DNA from: Capsulimonadales bacterium
Lineage (GTDB): Bacteria; Armatimonadota; Armatimonadia; Armatimonadales; Armatimonadaceae
Length of the DNA stretch: 64,000 nucleotides
NCBI GenBank assembly: GCA_033762295.1
Contig: JANRLW010000083.1
Span: 16,600 to 80,599, forward strand
Reading direction: 5' to 3'
The stretch's first letter is position 1; each line of letters begins with the position of its first letter. Shown piece after piece: positions 20,953 to 29,907 of the stretch. Both the position numbers and the translations under genes were made by a program. Below the pieces are notes generated by a model that made no database searches, was not told the origin of the DNA, and saw only the letters and a list, made by a program, of their open reading frames with translations.

Positions 20953-21537
20953 ATGAACAAGGCCGAACTGCGGCAATGGGCCATCGCCCGCCGCAACACC
21001 CTCGATATCGAACGCCTGTCGGCGGCACTGTGCCGACGGGTGACGGAACTGCCGGCATTTCACAGCGCCGAACATATCCTTATATATAGGGCGATGCCGC
21101 AGGAGGTGGACCTGTCCTCGCTGACGGCCGATACCGGGCGGCGCTGGTACCTGCCCCGGTGTGCGCCCGGACGGCGACTGGCGATCCACCCGTTCGTTCC
21201 CGGCCGGACCCCGTTGCGGCCGGGACCCTTCGGTATCGCCGAACCGGACCCCGAACGGACGCCCGAGGTCGAACCGGACGTTCCCGACATCGTTCTCGTT
21301 CCCGCCCTGCTGCTCACGCCGGACGGTGGGCGACTGGGCTACGGCGGCGGGTACTACGACCGATTTCTCCCGCGTCTGCGTGCCGATGCGGTCACGGTCG
21401 GCGTCCTGCCCGCGGCGATGGTGGTGCCGCATCTGCCGCTGGACCCGTGGGATATCCCGGTAGGTTACGTTGTCACCGAGGAGGCGACCGCCGGCCCGAA
21501 GGAAACGACCTCCGGCCGAACGGGTGGCGTTTCTTGA
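20953..21537 (+). CDS. 5-formyltetrahydrofolate cyclo-ligase
   Basis: 'KAELRQ', 'GPFGIAEP', 'DIVLVPAL', 'RLGYGGGYYDRFL', 'DPWDIPVGYVVTE'. Confidence 0.92.
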   Translation: MNKAELRQWAIARRNTLDIERLSAALCRRVTELPAFHSAEHILIYRAMPQEVDLSSLTADTGRRWYLPRCAPGRRLAIHPFVPGRTPLRPGPFGIAEPDPERTPEVEPDVPDIVLVPALLLTPDGGRLGYGGGYYDRFLPRLRADAVTVGVLPAAMVVPHLPLDPWDIPVGYVVTEEATAGPKETTSGRTGGVS

Positions 21538-21563
21538 CGACGCTTCCGTTCCCGTGCTACAAT
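21534..21563 (+). promoter_or_regulatory. Sigma70-type promoter
   Basis: TTGACG-N18-TACAAT with TG extended -10, about 45 nt upstream of ATG 21608. Confidence 0.65.
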
Positions 21564-21607
21564 CCGCGCAGATTCGCGCAGACCGCGTCAGGTAGAGAAG
21601 CAGGCTT

Positions 21608-21916
21608 ATGGCTCAGGTGAAGCGTCGGTATACCACGACGGACGGCAGGAACGACTGGATTGTCACCGTTTCCTATGACGAACGAGGGCTGTCCTCCGCC
21701 CACTGGTTCGAGGCCGGGGTCGCCGCCGTCAACGAACGGACCGGCGCGAAGTATCCTCTGGCTCCGGAGATCGCGACCTACCGGATCGGCGAGGTGGAAC
21801 GTCCGTTTCGGGATTTCGTCCGGCTCGATTTCGACGGCGACCGGGAAGCGGCCATCGATCATCTGCTGAATACCATCTACCGCCGGGTCTATTCCTACAT
21901 CGAACGAGGTCACTGA
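21608..21916 (+). CDS. Hypothetical protein (102 aa)
   Basis: ATG ORF with GC-rich third codon positions and its own near-consensus promoter. Confidence 0.75.
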   Translation: MAQVKRRYTTTDGRNDWIVTVSYDERGLSSAHWFEAGVAAVNERTGAKYPLAPEIATYRIGEVERPFRDFVRLDFDGDREAAIDHLLNTIYRRVYSYIERGH

Positions 21917-22122
21917 CCGTCGACCGGCACCGGCAAGATCGGCCAACATTTCCGCCGTTACCGGCAAGCGGGACAGGCTCCGGGCAGGACGGCGGGAGCG
22001 CCGCGCTTTTGAAGAATAGATCAAAATTTCTCGGAACCGGAAGGAAAAGAGAGAGGTCGCGACGAATGAGTAGGCCGTAAAACGCGGGTTTCCCGTCAGG
22101 AAAGCCCGGGGAAAGCGGGGTA

Positions 22123-22152
22123 TTGCCCTCTCTTTTTCCGTTATGCTATAAT
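22123..22152 (+). promoter_or_regulatory. Sigma70-type promoter upstream of the large exported-protein locus
   Basis: TTGCCC-N18-TATAAT with TG extended -10 (TGCTATAAT). Confidence 0.65.
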
Positions 22153-22702
22153 CGCGGCGGTTGCCCGGTTGAATCTCCGGCCCGCCCGAATGCAAACGCG
22201 CAATCGCGTGTCGATCAACGGGCAGGGTGGCCCGGACGGTGACGGAACGAGGACGAAAACTTTTAGGTTACGGCGGACATGCGCTAAATCGGAATTGTCT
22301 CTAAAAAATCCGCTCTAACCCCGAAACAATAAACAATACCGTACCTGCCCGCCGGAGGAACGCCCCGCAGGCATCGACCGACCCGGAATGCCGGGGAATG
22401 TCGATGAAAACGGGCGAAAAAACGTCGCTGAAAAAGGTGAAATCTTTTGAAGGGCGTTCTGAAGGACAGGTACAAAGCAGGTGAAACGACCGATGCGGAA
22501 GCGGACGCCCGAAATGGAAGGTCGCCCCCCGTCCCGTTCGTTTTATATGTCGGACTTCGGAAGACACACGACTCCGAAGGACCGACCGGATAGACCCGAG
22601 TGCGCTCCGGCCGTGGCAGCAAAAGGATGCTGTTGCGCCGGGTCCCGTTGAGGAAGGCGAATCGCCCGAATCCATGGGTACCTTGAGGAGGTTGACCCCA
22701 TC

Positions 22703-25700
22703 TTGATGTTCGTGAACATACGCCAGCGGGCAACGGTGTTTGCCCTTTTCGCAACGCTCGTGCTGGGCCTGTCTCTGCCCGCACAGGCGCAGAACGCCAA
22801 GTCGACTCCGACGAAAAAGACGACGGGTCGGTACACGGCACCGTTACCGGTACCGGTTTCTTCTTATCGTGGTTCCGGGCGCACCCGGCCGGTGGATAGC
22901 GGCGCTTCTACCGGCATGGCGATGGTGCCGACCCGGCGCGGACCGATGAAGGGGAACGGTATTTTTATTCCGTCCGATGTGCCCGTGCGTTCGACCGTCG
23001 GAGTCACCGGATTCAAGAAGGCGACCAGCCGCGTTCGGATCGGTGGCGCCAACGGCGCGTCCGTCACCGAAAAGGTGGTCAACCTGACGCAGACACCGGT
23101 TCCGGACGAGCGGGTGCCGGTCTGGACCGTCGACGAGCGGTTCCTGTACTTCGCGGGAAATTCCGCCGCCAACCCCGGTCGGTACAACATCTATCGTATC
23201 GCCTCCGATGAACCGACCGATGCCGGTGCCAACACCCCGGTCGCCATCTCCAATCCGGCGAATACCGGTTTTGACTACTACTTCCCTGTTATCAACCTGA
23301 ACCAGACCCGCGTTGCGTTTGTCAGGTCTTCCGATGGCAAGGACGTGGATGATCCGACCAAGAAGTGGGATCTCTATGTGGCCGACCTCCCCGCCAACGG
23401 CCAGTTCCTCGATACGGAGGAACTGGGGGCGAACAACCTGCGAAAACTGACCGAGGGACGTGACTTCCCGAACGGACAGGGTGGACGCGCCCGATTCGCT
23501 ACCGTCGGTCGGCCGGCCTGGGTGGGCAGTACGGATGTCGTCTTCTCCGCGCAGCTGGAAGGCGATCCGAACTTTCACCTCTTTTCGGTCAACATTCAGA
23601 CCCGTGTCATCTTCCAGTTGACGGCGGGCGCGGGCGACGAACGGAATCCGAGCGCCTCGCCGGATGGCCGCTATATTGCGTTCGACTCCAATGCCGAATC
23701 GAATACGACCGGCGGGACCTACGTCAGCGCACCGGCCGATCCCACCCGACGCGTGCGTACCGAGACGGATCCGGCCGCAACGCCGGCAGGTGCGGGTGCC
23801 GTCGGAAATACGCGAAACATCTTCATTATGGGGACACTCGGGCAGAACGTCCGGCAGTTTACCCTTCAGTATCCGGGTGCGCCCGCGGTCAGCAGCTTCC
23901 ATCCGACGTGGTCTTCCACCCAGAAGAATAACTTCATCAATCCGAACGGTGACGACCTCTTCATCGGGTTCGCCTCCGATCGTATACCTACTTTCGCCAG
24001 TGGGGACACAACGCAGAACACCGTCACCGGTTGGAACGCCGGACCGGCGAACACCAGCAGCATCTACTACGCGGTGGTCAGCCGCAACCAGGGGAATACT
24101 CTGCTTGGTGAAGCGGACCCGACCAATCTGGATGGTGTGGACGCAGATGGCGCGCGCCGTCTCGATACCGCCAACGATACGCTGCAGGGTGGGATTCTGA
24201 ACGACCAGACCCGACCCCGCTTCCGGGATCAGTATCCGACCTTCGCGCCGTTCGTCCGCGTCACGCGCATGTCCTGCCAGTCCAACCGCGTCGGCTCCTA
24301 CGCCAAGGATGGGATCGGGACGGGGTTCACGGTGACGAACGCCAAGGCGAACAACCTGTTCATTGCTTCCCTGATCGATATCACCGCGCCGACCCTGATC
24401 CGGTTCGACACGAGCAGTCCGACCGGCGAGGTCGTCCATATCAATCTGGTAACCAACGACGCCCAGCCGTACAACCCCGATCTCGCGGCCAGCGTTCGGA
24501 ACCGCTCCGATGGAATTACCCCCGGCTCGAAAGTCCACTTCGCCGTCCGTTTCGAGGATCGCGAGTCCGGAATGCGCCCGGAGAATAGTTCCGACGGAAA
24601 GGCGGTCTACCTTCAGATCAAGAACCCGAACTCCCGTTACCAGAGTGCCGCTCAGGGGGCATCCGTCCCGGATAACACTCACCGTGGCGAGCATAAGGAG
24701 TTCTACGACAACTTTACCGAAGCCTACGTGGAAGGGCAGACCTTCATTTCCTGGGCGAACCGGGCTACCGGGTACAACGTCGGCACGGAATTCGAAGCGC
24801 AGGCCATCAGTGCCATCTCGACCACCGATGCGGCTGCCGGAACCAACAATTTCCCCACCGACGTCGCCCGTGGAACGCCGTACTACAGCCACGAGTTCAA
24901 TACCTTCGGTGACGGTCCGCTTTACGTCCCGAGTTTCAACGACCGGGTCGCCTTCAGCGGAACCTTCGGTCATTTCGGTCGAGCGGTCGCGCCGCTCGAT
25001 GGTGGTACCTATACCGTTTACACAGGTGCCGGTGTCGCCCAAACGATTACCACACCGAATGTCTGGCTCCACCTGCGTCCGCTTGTTCAAACCGATGCCA
25101 ACGGACAGCCGGTAACGGACGCCAACGGCAATACGGTTCCGGTCCGTCCTGTCGATGGCAAAGGCGGTGTCCTTTATGGCGCTTCCTGGGTAACGCCTTC
25201 CGACGCCTCAGACTGGTATATCGACGTCATCGCCTACGATAACGCCGTCAATCCGTACAACCCCAATGAGCGTTCGAACGTCATCATCTACGATAACGTC
25301 TGGGGATTCTCGACGGCCGCTCCGATCTCCGGTCTGCCGCAGGATATTCTGGTCGTTTCGGATTACACGCTCGGGCAGAAGTTCTTCGCCTCGCGTTTCG
25401 GAACGCCGACCACCGACGACCGGTCGACGCGCAACCTCCAGCCCCTCTTCTGGGGAACCGAGTCCTATTTCACGGACGTCGACCTTCAGCGCTTCCCCTC
25501 CGAGCAGGCAGGACAGGAAGCGCCCTTTACAGGAACAACCCCGCCCAACCCGCCGAATGTCTGGGACCGCGATACGCCATTCCAGTTGTCCATCAGGACC
25601 AATTCCGGCGTTTTTGGTGGAAATTTCTACAACCGATCGGGATACCCGAACGTTCTGGGGGTTTCCTCCTACAACGACGAAATTCTGGACTCCAGTGCGG

Positions 25701-28700
25701 TCTTTGTCGATGCCGCCGGAGGGTTTGAAGGATACAAACTTCCCGTAACCGGGCGCTACAGCATCTATCGAGTCCTCAGCCGTGGACCGGTGCCTGCTGC
25801 CCTCCTGCAGGACTACCTGCCCCAGCAGACGGTCGCACCGGCAGACACCGCCCGGGGCGAAACCGTACCGCGTACCGTTCTCAGCGTCAACCGAATGGTC
25901 GTCTGGGCGTCCCCCTTTACGGGGAACCTTTTCACCGGGGCGGGTAGCCTGACGGACATTCAGACCCAGAACGATTTGACCAGCTATGTCCAGTCGGGCG
26001 GACGGCTCCTGATTTCCGGACAGGATATCGGTTTCGCACTCGCCGGCAACGGTCAAAACAACTTCTTTTTCAACAACATCCTGAAGGCAAGCTACCTTAC
26101 GGACGGAGGTGGCCAGTTCACCGGAATCCAGGCTGCAACCTTCTCCGGTAACTCCGATTATGTTCTCCAGTTGACGCGCGACCCCTGGACCCCGGCGACC
26201 GGGACCCACGCGTATGGTGCTTTCACCGGTGGCACCCTGCCCTGGCAGTACCGTCCGCTCGATACCGGCGCGCCGGGTGGTAACGGAATCGTTCGTTACG
26301 TCAGCAATACCGCGACCCTTGGAGAGCGTGTCGGAGACGCTTCGCAGTCGGCCAACAGCGACGCCGGTTTCGTCGATCGCATTCGTGCTAATCCGGGCGT
26401 GACCCCGACAGGAACGCCCGCCGGATCGCCGCCCGACTCGGTCGACCTGTTCCTCTTTCCCGGTAGTCCCGCCCCGCCCGCCTTCCCTGCGCCCGGAGCA
26501 CAGCCAACGGCCAGTGCAACCATCGCAGCCATCATCGGTAGTGCCGTGCCCTCCGGTTACAGCGCGATCGGACGAACGGTCTACGATCCCGCCCGGAGTG
26601 GTCAGCGCATCGGTAAGGTTGTCTATGCCGCGGCCGGTTTCGAATCCATCAGCCAGGGATGGTATAACTACGCGACCGGAACGCCAAGCATCACCTATCG
26701 AGCAACTCTCGGACGGCGTGCGGTTCTGATGCACAACATCACCTGCCACTTCCGCACCGGTTCCATCACAGGTCGAGTTCTCGACAATGAAGGCAAGCCC
26801 GTCAACGATGCCCTCGTTCGTGCCGTGCCGGATGTGGTCGACGATACGCAGGTCGCTACCGGTACGGCCCTGACCGACGAAAACGGAAACTTCCAGATCA
26901 TCGGTCTGCCGCCCGGATTCTATGTCCTCTTCGGGTACAAAGCCGGGTTCTATACCCAGCATAACCTCGGGAACACCGTCCATGGCGGATGGCGTGCAGC
27001 GGCCGACATCGCCCTGAAAGCCGCCGGACCCGGAGCCCTCAGCGGAGTTCAAAGGGGGACGGGCCAGCAGAACCCGCAGGGCGGCGTCTTCTCCGAGGAC
27101 GGAGTCACTCCGATCTCCGGAATCGAGATTCAGGTCCGCCGGCGAGAGGTGAACGGCCTCTATACCAAGGTCGTTTCCTACTCCTCCGACGGAAGCAACC
27201 GTGTTGTCCTTCCCGATGGTAGCTCGACGCAGCTTCCGGCGGGCGCGTACCTGTTCCCCGCCCTGTTGATCTCCGATTACCAGGTGGTCGCGAACAGCAT
27301 CTTCACCGTCCGGGACGGAAGAATCGTCGAGAAAGAGATTCGGGAGTTCCGCGACGCCAACGGCGCGATCTTCCGCGCTCACGTGAACGACGACGGCAGT
27401 CCGGTCAAGGAGCAGTACGGCGAGGTTCGCATCGGCGTCTCTCCGGCGAGCCAGTACCGGCTCGGAACCGGCGTCCAGGTGATTCCCGATCCGAACCCCG
27501 GTTCGGCCCAACCGATCGGACCGACCGTTCGCATCTCCGAGAACGTCACCGCTCAGGTCGACTTCCTGCTGCCCGCGCGGCCACAGCGGATCACCGGCCG
27601 CGTCCTGAATCAGGATAACAACCAGCCGATCGAGGACGCGATCGTCACCGCCACCCGCAAGAGCGACGGGACTCTGGTCGCTCAGGGAACGACCGACGCC
27701 AACGGCGTCTACACGCTGAGCCGAATCAACCCGCCGGCGGGCGATCCCGATCCGACGCTACTGCCGGGCGCCACCTATGTCGTCTCGGCAAGCGCCAACG
27801 GATTCAGTCCGAACGTGCCGCCGTCCGAAGCCAATAATCTGGATGTGGTCGTCGGTGGCCAGCTCGAGCAGACCGTGACCGCTCCGGATATCCGTCTGAA
27901 GACCCTGCCGCCGGGTTCGGTTTCCGGTCTGGTTCGCCGGTTCGCCGGTTCCCAGCCGACCACCTCGGCGACGGAAGGCGCGACGGTCGACTTCTACGCG
28001 GTACAGGTGGTCGGCGGACAGCAGGTCCAGTCGCCGAACATCTCCTATACGGCGACGGTCGGCGCGGTGCAAACCACGTCCGACGGGTACCAGTTCAACT
28101 TCCGAATCGCGGAAGTGCTGCCGGGTACCTACAATGCCTACGTCTCCAAGCCCGGCCTTTCCGGAAATCCCTCGCCCTTCGCCAACATCACGGTGACGAC
28201 CGGCGCGGAAACCCGGAACATCAACTTCATACTCGAACCGCCGAAGATCTACGGCCAGGGCCTTCAGCTCATCTCCGTGCCGCAGGACTACTCCGCGGTC
28301 GTCACCCGGGACGTCTTCGGTATCACGGCAAACGGTGATAACGATGGCGACGGAACCGCCGGTTCCGCCAACGATACGGCGATCCACAATATCTTCAACG
28401 TCGCCGACTGGTCGGGAACCAGCTACCAGACCTCGCCCGACCTCCGGCTCCGCCTCGGAAAAGGCTACTTTGTCCGGTTCGGAGACCAGGCGGCCATCGC
28501 CACCAGCGGCGCACCGACACAGGCCACCTCCTTCCGGATCGACCTGTCGCGCGGCTGGAACCTGATCGGGCATCCGTTCTCCAATCAGGTCAATCCGAGC
28601 GACCCGGCGGCGGATATCGACATCAGCGCACCCTCGATCGTCACCTACAGCTACGTGACCGTGACCGGCGTTCAGAGGACGGAAGTCTCCCTGGCGCAGG

Positions 28701-29710
28701 CGGTTTCCGATAACGCACTGCAGGGCGTGCTCTACAACTACACCGGTTCGGAAAACGGCAGTCTCTATCAGCCGGGTTCCCGACTGAAACAGTGGTTCGG
28801 CTACTGGATCCGGGCATTCGTCCCGGTCCGGATGACCCTGCGGTATCCGGGAACGGGAACCCGCGCGGTCAAGGCCGGAACGAAGAGCGGCGGGGTCTTC
28901 AAGTCGATAACCCGAGCGGAACGCGAACTGCACGTGCCGCTGGCGATCGCCTCGAAGAATGCCACCGACTGGCGACTTCAGATTGCCGCCCGCCAGGGTA
29001 ACCTGGCCGACACCGAGAACAGCGTCGGTGTCGCACCGGACGCGCATGAAGGGTTCGACAATCAGTACGACCATGAAAAACCGCCGATGGTCGGCGAGGC
29101 CCCTGCGCTGTACGTGGGAATCCTCGGCAAGGACATGGCCGGCCGTGCGACGACACTCTCCAGCAATGTCGCCGCTCCGGCGAACGCCACCACGTTCGAG
29201 TTCACCGTCCAAACAACGGCGGACGGACCGGTGACGGTCTACTGGCCCAACGTTTCCCGCTTGCCGCGCGGACTCGAACCGGTCCTGGTCGATACCGCGT
29301 CCGGTAAGCGGGTCGCCATGCGGAGCGGCTCCTCGTCCTACACGTTCACGCCGAACGGACGGGCCGAGCACCGGTTCCGTGTGGAAGTCTCCGCCGGGTC
29401 CAGCCTGCCGCTCGACATTCTGAACCTCCGGACGGCGTCCCGCGATATCAGCGGTGGCGGCAGCTACCGGTTCAGCTTCACGACCACCCGTGCGGTGAAC
29501 GTCAATGCGGAGATTCGCACACTGACCGGCAAACGGATCAAGCGGTTCCAGAGCCGGGCGGCGGGCGGCGTCGAAACCTCCGTCGTCTGGGACGGACGGG
29601 ACGAAGCCGGGCAGATGCTGCCGCCGGGACCGTATGTCCTGACCGTCACGGCTCAGGATGATCGCGGAGCCAGTGTCAGCCGAAGAGTATCCGTGCTGAA
29701 GAACCAGTAG
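22703..29710 (+). CDS. Giant exported protein: TolB/PD40-like beta-propeller, carboxypeptidase-regulatory-like Ig domains, shared C-terminal module with FlgD-like Ig tail
   Basis: GAGGAGG RBS; signal peptide '...LSLPAQA'; PD40-like blades ('ERNPSASPDGRYIAFDSN'); 'GSITGRVLDNEGKPV...TDENGNFQIIGLPPGFY'; tail 'VVWDGRDEAGQMLPPGPYVLTVTA'. Exact start (22703/22706/22712) uncertain. Confidence 0.88.
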   Translation: MMFVNIRQRATVFALFATLVLGLSLPAQAQNAKSTPTKKTTGRYTAPLPVPVSSYRGSGRTRPVDSGASTGMAMVPTRRGPMKGNGIFIPSDVPVRSTVGVTGFKKATSRVRIGGANGASVTEKVVNLTQTPVPDERVPVWTVDERFLYFAGNSAANPGRYNIYRIASDEPTDAGANTPVAISNPANTGFDYYFPVINLNQTRVAFVRSSDGKDVDDPTKKWDLYVADLPANGQFLDTEELGANNLRKLTEGRDFPNGQGGRARFATVGRPAWVGSTDVVFSAQLEGDPNFHLFSVNIQTRVIFQLTAGAGDERNPSASPDGRYIAFDSNAESNTTGGTYVSAPADPTRRVRTETDPAATPAGAGAVGNTRNIFIMGTLGQNVRQFTLQYPGAPAVSSFHPTWSSTQKNNFINPNGDDLFIGFASDRIPTFASGDTTQNTVTGWNAGPANTSSIYYAVVSRNQGNTLLGEADPTNLDGVDADGARRLDTANDTLQGGILNDQTRPRFRDQYPTFAPFVRVTRMSCQSNRVGSYAKDGIGTGFTVTNAKANNLFIASLIDITAPTLIRFDTSSPTGEVVHINLVTNDAQPYNPDLAASVRNRSDGITPGSKVHFAVRFEDRESGMRPENSSDGKAVYLQIKNPNSRYQSAAQGASVPDNTHRGEHKEFYDNFTEAYVEGQTFISWANRATGYNVGTEFEAQAISAISTTDAAAGTNNFPTDVARGTPYYSHEFNTFGDGPLYVPSFNDRVAFSGTFGHFGRAVAPLDGGTYTVYTGAGVAQTITTPNVWLHLRPLVQTDANGQPVTDANGNTVPVRPVDGKGGVLYGASWVTPSDASDWYIDVIAYDNAVNPYNPNERSNVIIYDNVWGFSTAAPISGLPQDILVVSDYTLGQKFFASRFGTPTTDDRSTRNLQPLFWGTESYFTDVDLQRFPSEQAGQEAPFTGTTPPNPPNVWDRDTPFQLSIRTNSGVFGGNFYNRSGYPNVLGVSSYNDEILDSSAVFVDAAGGFEGYKLPVTGRYSIYRVLSRGPVPAALLQDYLPQQTVAPADTARGETVPRTVLSVNRMVVWASPFTGNLFTGAGSLTDIQTQNDLTSYVQSGGRLLISGQDIGFALAGNGQNNFFFNNILKASYLTDGGGQFTGIQAATFSGNSDYVLQLTRDPWTPATGTHAYGAFTGGTLPWQYRPLDTGAPGGNGIVRYVSNTATLGERVGDASQSANSDAGFVDRIRANPGVTPTGTPAGSPPDSVDLFLFPGSPAPPAFPAPGAQPTASATIAAIIGSAVPSGYSAIGRTVYDPARSGQRIGKVVYAAAGFESISQGWYNYATGTPSITYRATLGRRAVLMHNITCHFRTGSITGRVLDNEGKPVNDALVRAVPDVVDDTQVATGTALTDENGNFQIIGLPPGFYVLFGYKAGFYTQHNLGNTVHGGWRAAADIALKAAGPGALSGVQRGTGQQNPQGGVFSEDGVTPISGIEIQVRRREVNGLYTKVVSYSSDGSNRVVLPDGSSTQLPAGAYLFPALLISDYQVVANSIFTVRDGRIVEKEIREFRDANGAIFRAHVNDDGSPVKEQYGEVRIGVSPASQYRLGTGVQVIPDPNPGSAQPIGPTVRISENVTAQVDFLLPARPQRITGRVLNQDNNQPIEDAIVTATRKSDGTLVAQGTTDANGVYTLSRINPPAGDPDPTLLPGATYVVSASANGFSPNVPPSEANNLDVVVGGQLEQTVTAPDIRLKTLPPGSVSGLVRRFAGSQPTTSATEGATVDFYAVQVVGGQQVQSPNISYTATVGAVQTTSDGYQFNFRIAEVLPGTYNAYVSKPGLSGNPSPFANITVTTGAETRNINFILEPPKIYGQGLQLISVPQDYSAVVTRDVFGITANGDNDGDGTAGSANDTAIHNIFNVADWSGTSYQTSPDLRLRLGKGYFVRFGDQAAIATSGAPTQATSFRIDLSRGWNLIGHPFSNQVNPSDPAADIDISAPSIVTYSYVTVTGVQRTEVSLAQAVSDNALQGVLYNYTGSENGSLYQPGSRLKQWFGYWIRAFVPVRMTLRYPGTGTRAVKAGTKSGGVFKSITRAERELHVPLAIASKNATDWRLQIAARQGNLADTENSVGVAPDAHEGFDNQYDHEKPPMVGEAPALYVGILGKDMAGRATTLSSNVAAPANATTFEFTVQTTADGPVTVYWPNVSRLPRGLEPVLVDTASGKRVAMRSGSSSYTFTPNGRAEHRFRVEVSAGSSLPLDILNLRTASRDISGGGSYRFSFTTTRAVNVNAEIRTLTGKRIKRFQSRAAGGVETSVVWDGRDEAGQMLPPGPYVLTVTAQDDRGASVSRRVSVLKNQ

Positions 29711-29737
29711 ACCGGCAACCTGTGCCGCCGTCAAAAA

Positions 29738-29768
29738 TCCCCTCCTGAAGCGGAATGTCAGGAGGGGA
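29738..29768. terminator. Hairpin after the giant gene
   Basis: TCCCCTCCTGA-N9-TCAGGAGGGGA, 11-bp stem; A-runs flank it and there is no U-tract on +. Confidence 0.55.
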
Positions 29769-29907
29769 AAACGGCGGACCTGATGAAAATACGAAACAGA
29801 ACCAAAATCCGAATTGGCTAGTCACCAATACGTTGCGATTGTAGGGGGCTGTCAGGGAACTGCGCCCGGGCCGAGCCTACGATGAGTGTTAACGGAGGAA
29901 TAACGCA

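Noticed and set aside
22153..22702. c-di-GMP or other known riboswitch in the long leader
   Set aside because: I could not find the consensus motifs by eye; needs an Rfam scan.
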